A DNA stretch of 56,105 bases, filler included, from Bipalium vagum (taxonomy: Eukaryota): assembly GCA_037834085.1 (NCBI GenBank). It is 3 parts of 3 records of this genome, joined end to end, with 100 filler letters (N's around TTAATTAATTAA, not from the genome) between each part and the next. Parts side by side here need not be neighbours in the genome. Positions count along the whole stretch, not along the records: positions 40,545 to 56,105 come from JBBMKC010159638.1; 2 more parts are not named here. The stretch is one strand, 5' to 3'. Numbering within the stretch: the first letter of the stretch is position 1; the number at the start of each line of letters is the position of its first letter. Under the pieces are notes generated by a model. It saw nothing but the letters and a program-made list of their open reading frames with translations. It made no database searches and had not been told where the DNA came from. This document shows positions 51,385 to 56,105 of the stretch, one piece after another. The translations under genes were made by a program, and so were the position numbers.

Positions 51385-54058
51385 TGTTTATATATCCACA
51401 TAATAAGAAAATCATTAAAACTTTCCACCGGTATCAAACCTAGAAAAAAAATAATTATGTAGAAAAATATAATTTTTTCAATTTCAAAATTGATTTCATT
51501 GCTTTTTCACATGAATGTAAAGATCATAAATTCTTGAAACAATGTTTTCGAACGAAAATTATATTGCAAGAAAACAACATTTTTACTATAACAAATGTAA
51601 CTAAAAACAACAAAACTTACAACAGAAGAAATTCTAATATCCAAAATCACATTGATTGAATCAAATAACCCAAAATTCACTTCTTTCATTGACCAATAAC
51701 ATTGAAGTAAATACATCAAGGTATTATGTAATCAAATGAAAGGGAATACACACAACATTGCAATGGTTATGTTCAGGTTGTATGTATCATTGGTTTGATT
51801 CAATGAATTCTGTGTTGGTGTGTGTATGGACAGTCAGAATTTTTTCTCATTCAATGATTCAGCTAGTCCTACGAACGATCTCGTGGTTTTAAGCCAGTTG
51901 TAATTAGATACACACACAAATATATCTCTACACACATACAAATGCACATGCTACACAAATGCTTTTGAATATTGATCACATGATTGTTATTTTAGCTTCT
52001 AATGAATGATAGTTGTGATTATTGGTCTCCTTAATTGTTCACAATCGTTTAATAAATTAAAACTGTCGAAGCGCTCGTACAGTTTGTCGAAATAAACATT
52101 ATTTATAATATTAAATAATTAATTTTTATTTATTTAATAAGACTTTTCCGTATTTGTTATTTTAACTTGTTTATTACGTTCTTTTTTTTATAGATTTCCA
52201 ATGAAAATAATTCAGATATTTGTCTAATTATAAATGTCAATATATCAATTTTAAAGTAAAGTTTGTACTGTTAAAATTGGCAATAAGTGTTTACAGAAAA
52301 TTTTCTAAAGCCGTTATTTTTATATTTGTTTTTATTAATTTCGGTTTTTTTAGTTAAATTCGTTAATTTTTTATTCAGATCGCGGTTTGCTTCCAATGTC
52401 TTTTTGTCTATAAAAATTTCTGCTGAATCATTGAATAGCACATTTAATTATCAATTTCTCTAAAATTTTTTTTGCTTTTATTAAGGCAGGAAGGTGTATG
52501 TTGTGTGGTTTGACCTAGATACACGGGGTTCTTGACTATTATCTTAAGCGACTCCAATCAGTTGCACCCGTTAAAACCGATGCCGTCTGTGGTGTGCTAT
52601 GATATCAGACTGTGGGGTGCTTGAGGAGGGTCTTCTTTTGCTTGACACTAGAAAATTTTCTGTCTTTGGTGAAACATTAAAGAACAGAGCAATTCTAACG
52701 ACGATTAAAGATTTGATGATATTGACAATAATAATTTTTACAATTTCAGATCGGCTTGTTTAGTGTGGAAGAATTAAAAATGGATCTTAAATAGCTGAAA
52801 TTGTCTTGAGAATTTGACCCACTAATGTCTACTTATTTCTTACATAAATCATAGGATTAAAGCTTAAGATATTACGGTTCACATTTGGATTTTTATGGTT
52901 CAAAGGACAGAAAAATAGTTTTAGAATTTTCCTTCTTAGGTTATCAAGTAGAAAAATTATTTTCACCGTTCTTTTATTATGGTTTTCAAGTTGAAAGTAC
53001 GCTTGATTTCATCAATTTCTTTACATATTTATCAAGTCAATCAATTTGCTCCATTTTTATTCAACCTGTTCCAAACGTTTGATCAAACTTTCGATATCAT
53101 TTCTATACCAAGGAAAAATGAGTATATATCACAATAATTGAATTGTCACAGTTTCATTGAATCAATAAAGAATAATAAATGTAACACAATTATCGTTAAT
53201 TTTGTTACTATTTTCCTTAACTGAAATATGTAACTTAAGCTCGAAATCACTAATTCCTCATTATCTAATGTTGTGTTCGTTTTACTATTACAGCTTTACA
53301 AATTTAAACTCGAATGAATCAAAACTTCCAAAGTAAAACCTTATCTCTGTTCGCATCCCAAATTGAATGATCACAATTAAACTTTATTGTACTTCAAACC
53401 TTTTACACAAATCATAATCAATTGTCTAAATAAATCAGAGAATCAAAATCGATCAAATGTCTAAAAATCAAGAAATCAAAACTGACAAAATGTCTGAACC
53501 ATGTTTATTATCAATTCTCTAAAAATAGCAATTTAATTCTAAATACCGCCATTTTAAACAGTGAACGATGACATAACCTATGATTAAAAACAAAATTCAA
53601 TGTAAATAAAATACATAAATAATAATAATAAATATAATGAAATTTAATAGAAGATTAAAAATTAAGTATTAAAAAAATTGAAAATATTCTCTAGGTCCTT
53701 TTCAGGTCACCTAAGGATTCCCAAGATCGCTGGGTCCCCCTGTAATATCCTTTTGCATCGTCATGAATGGAAATACTGCATAGACAATAATCTTCTCGTC
53801 TTTTGTAAACAACAATCAATAATCTTTTCTTATTCTGGGCGGCTTTATGGAGATAGCCATCTCCACATATAGTCTACGATCACCAATCTCTAGGCTTTTA
53901 TGTGTATATTTTCCTTAGTATCCCATAAATTCTAACTTTATCTGGACGCCAAGATAAAATTAGTGAAATAATTATAAAAATAATAATTTATTGCCCCGAC
54001 GACGGAACATAATCCTTTTAAAAATAATATTTAATAATTTATTATCAGTTCAATATTT

Positions 54059-54750
54059 AGTGTATCAAATTTAGACATGACTCCAACTCTTAGGTGGTGC
54101 AAATAATAACAATCAGTAAAGAATAATTGTATTAATATCACACAATCACAAAACTACACAAAACTACAGAAAGATAATCAAAAGTCTGGGATCACAATTA
54201 ATGTCTGAAATGTTTCACAATCAAACTACTTCTCAAAATCAAATATAATCAAACAACAATAAAATCAAATGAATTAATAGAATAATAAGTACTTTTAATA
54301 TCAAACAGTAATTAAAATAATGTTTAATTAAAACAAAATATTACTTATATACTATATTAATCAATATTAATGTTTACTTAAAATAATAAGATAAAACAAA
54401 AAGAAAAAGGAAAAAAATCTTACAGTTTATCTTCCGCTAAGACTCCCGAGCTATCGTCTGAGCCCTAACGGTTGCTCACCGATAATCCGCTGATGGGGAA
54501 TTTTAAGCACAGTCCAATAAAATATTAACGAATACTAACAGCTTCCTTTATTCAATAATAACAGGTTCTTTGATTCAATAATAACAATTTCTTTGACTCA
54601 ATAATAACTTCAAATTAGTTTGTACGTTCTCTGAGGGGTGAAAATATGCTAGAATCTCTCTGCTTATATACTTTTAGAGCAGATCTTCATCTGGAGATTA
54701 TTCTCGAAATAGTCTCAAAATCATAATTAAAATTTATAATTTGTATATCT
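54059..54750. repeat. Dispersed non-coding repeat, probable solo LTR (copy B)
   Basis: Collinear similarity to 27846-28654; right boundary uncertain. Confidence 0.55.
54543..54608. repeat. About 3 x 23-bp tandem repeat
   Basis: ttcctttattcaataataacagg / ttctttgattcaataataacaat / ttctttgactcaataataac. Confidence 0.85.
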
Positions 54751-55521
54751 CCACAAACAATTTTTCATTTTCAGTTTTAAAGGTTTGGCATAAAATTGAC
54801 ATATTTTATGGAGTTGCTTAAAATATTTCGATCCAACGAAAATTTGATTCACTGGCTTTCATCGAAAAAAAAATCTTCAATTCATATATGGATGGAATTA
54901 TAAATTATCTTACTTTCAAATTCTATTTCATAAAATATTACCATATTATTTATGTATAATAAATCCCAAAATGGTTTGAATGAAAAATTTAATTAACAGT
55001 AAATAATTAAACATAAAATAAAAAATTAATTTAAGTCGACTTATTAACTCTTGACGACGGATTCCTATGTCGTCTGATAGGCCGGAACCAGTTTGTCTAT
55101 AAAAGACAGAGAGTAATCCTATTGCATATTATAAAAAATTAAAAGTATAAAAATCTTGCTAAGTAGTAGTCAACTGGCCAATAAAAAGAAATATTTTAAA
55201 TTAGAAGTTTGTCGGTTTTAAGTTTTGATTATCCGTATTTATTATATTTGTGGATTGGAATTTTATTCAGAAAAGGTATTTGATATAAAATATTGTTCAC
55301 AAGTCTCTTTTACCTAAAAATTTTGCAATTTTTTCAAATTTAGTAACATGGTAATATTGTTTAGTCAATTAGTATGTAATTTTAAAATTTATGAGCACTA
55401 TAAAAATTAAAACCCATAAAAATAATTCAGAAACTAATTTCACTTAAGTTCAACTTTTGACTTAATAAACTTTTAAATCTCTAAAATATGAGTAATAAAA
55501 AGACAAATCAGTTTTATTATA

Positions 55522-56105
55522 TTGGGTTGTTCAAAAAGTCAGTGCGTTTTTATTGCACAGTTTAAACATATTTATTTAATATAACAAAAACAATATTAAT
55601 CTATTATGTATTCCCCGTTTTGATCTATTACCTTCTGCCATCTCTGTGGTAGCTTCATTATTCCTCGCAGATAGAAATCTGCGTTTTTCTCTGCAAAGAA
55701 CCTCTCAAGGTGCTCTTTGATAAGGCCCTCATTACTAAACGTTATACCATTCAATGAGTTTTGCAAGGAGCGAAACAGATAGAAATCGGAAGGGGCAAGG
55801 TCTGAATTATAGGGTGGATGTGGCAAAGCATCCCACCCAAGGTCGAGCAATTTTTGGCGAGTGATTAAACTGATATGTGATCTTGCGTTATCGTGGTGGA
55901 AGACCACTCCCTTTCGACTAACCAGCTCAGGACGTTTCTGTTGGATAAAATCGCTCAATCTCTGCAGCTGATCACAGAAAATTTCCGAATTTATAGTTTT
56001 ATTCTTCGGGAGTAGCTCGTAGTAAACGGGTCCCTTCCAATCCCACCAGATTGAAAGCAAAACCTTTTTCTGGTGAATATCTGCTTTTGCTTGCCTCTCC
56101 AGCGC
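55522..56105 (-). mobile_element. Young mariner (mellifera-like), 3' half with TIR; continues beyond the window
   Basis: Uninterrupted ORF to the stop at 55596: LSIWWDWKGPVYYELL, FHHDNARSH, HPPYNSDLAPSDFYLFRSLQ. TIR ttgggttgttcaaaaagtcagtgcg follows a TA. Confidence 0.93.

Noticed and set aside
52480-53120. GC-richer block upstream of TR (similar patches near 6300-6800, 11200-12050, 18450-19090, 34150-34740)
   Set aside because: Probably old LINE debris, but no diagnostic motif could be read, so left uncalled.
54543-54608. CRISPR-like array
   Set aside because: Contiguous tandem units without unique spacers, in eukaryotic DNA with no cas genes.

Overview
Very AT-rich animal genomic DNA with many 42-59 nt GT-AG introns and dense transposon debris. 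It looks planarian/flatworm-like, but the species is an inference. Two 100-bp scaffold gaps carry an artificial TTAATTAATTAA linker. Three spliced host genes were reconstructed by hand: a complete 6-exon RER1 (+, 3424-6205, 197 aa); the N-terminal ~493 aa (13 exons) of a divergent TRPM-family channel (-, 35247-19250) with no visible transmembrane exons; and a thyroid hormone receptor (NR1A) homologue (-, 51384-48094) with A/B region, DBD and hinge but no recognisable LBD exons. The rest is decayed mobile DNA: several mariner types, Tc1/DD41D/DD37D/IS630-like pieces, a pogo, a full-span Chapaev3 with TSD, a hAT MITE with an 8-bp TSD, R2/NeSL-like retrotransposon remnants and an LTR-like dispersed repeat. 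The most striking observation is a ~295-bp miniature LTR retrotransposon (23618-23911) nested in a mariner. Its 118-bp LTR is built around a tRNA-Ala-derived Pol III cassette with a palindromic anticodon region, and it has a tRNA-Arg-type PBS and a PPT (Helenus/Cassandra-like architecture). All calls are from manual reading; no searches were run.
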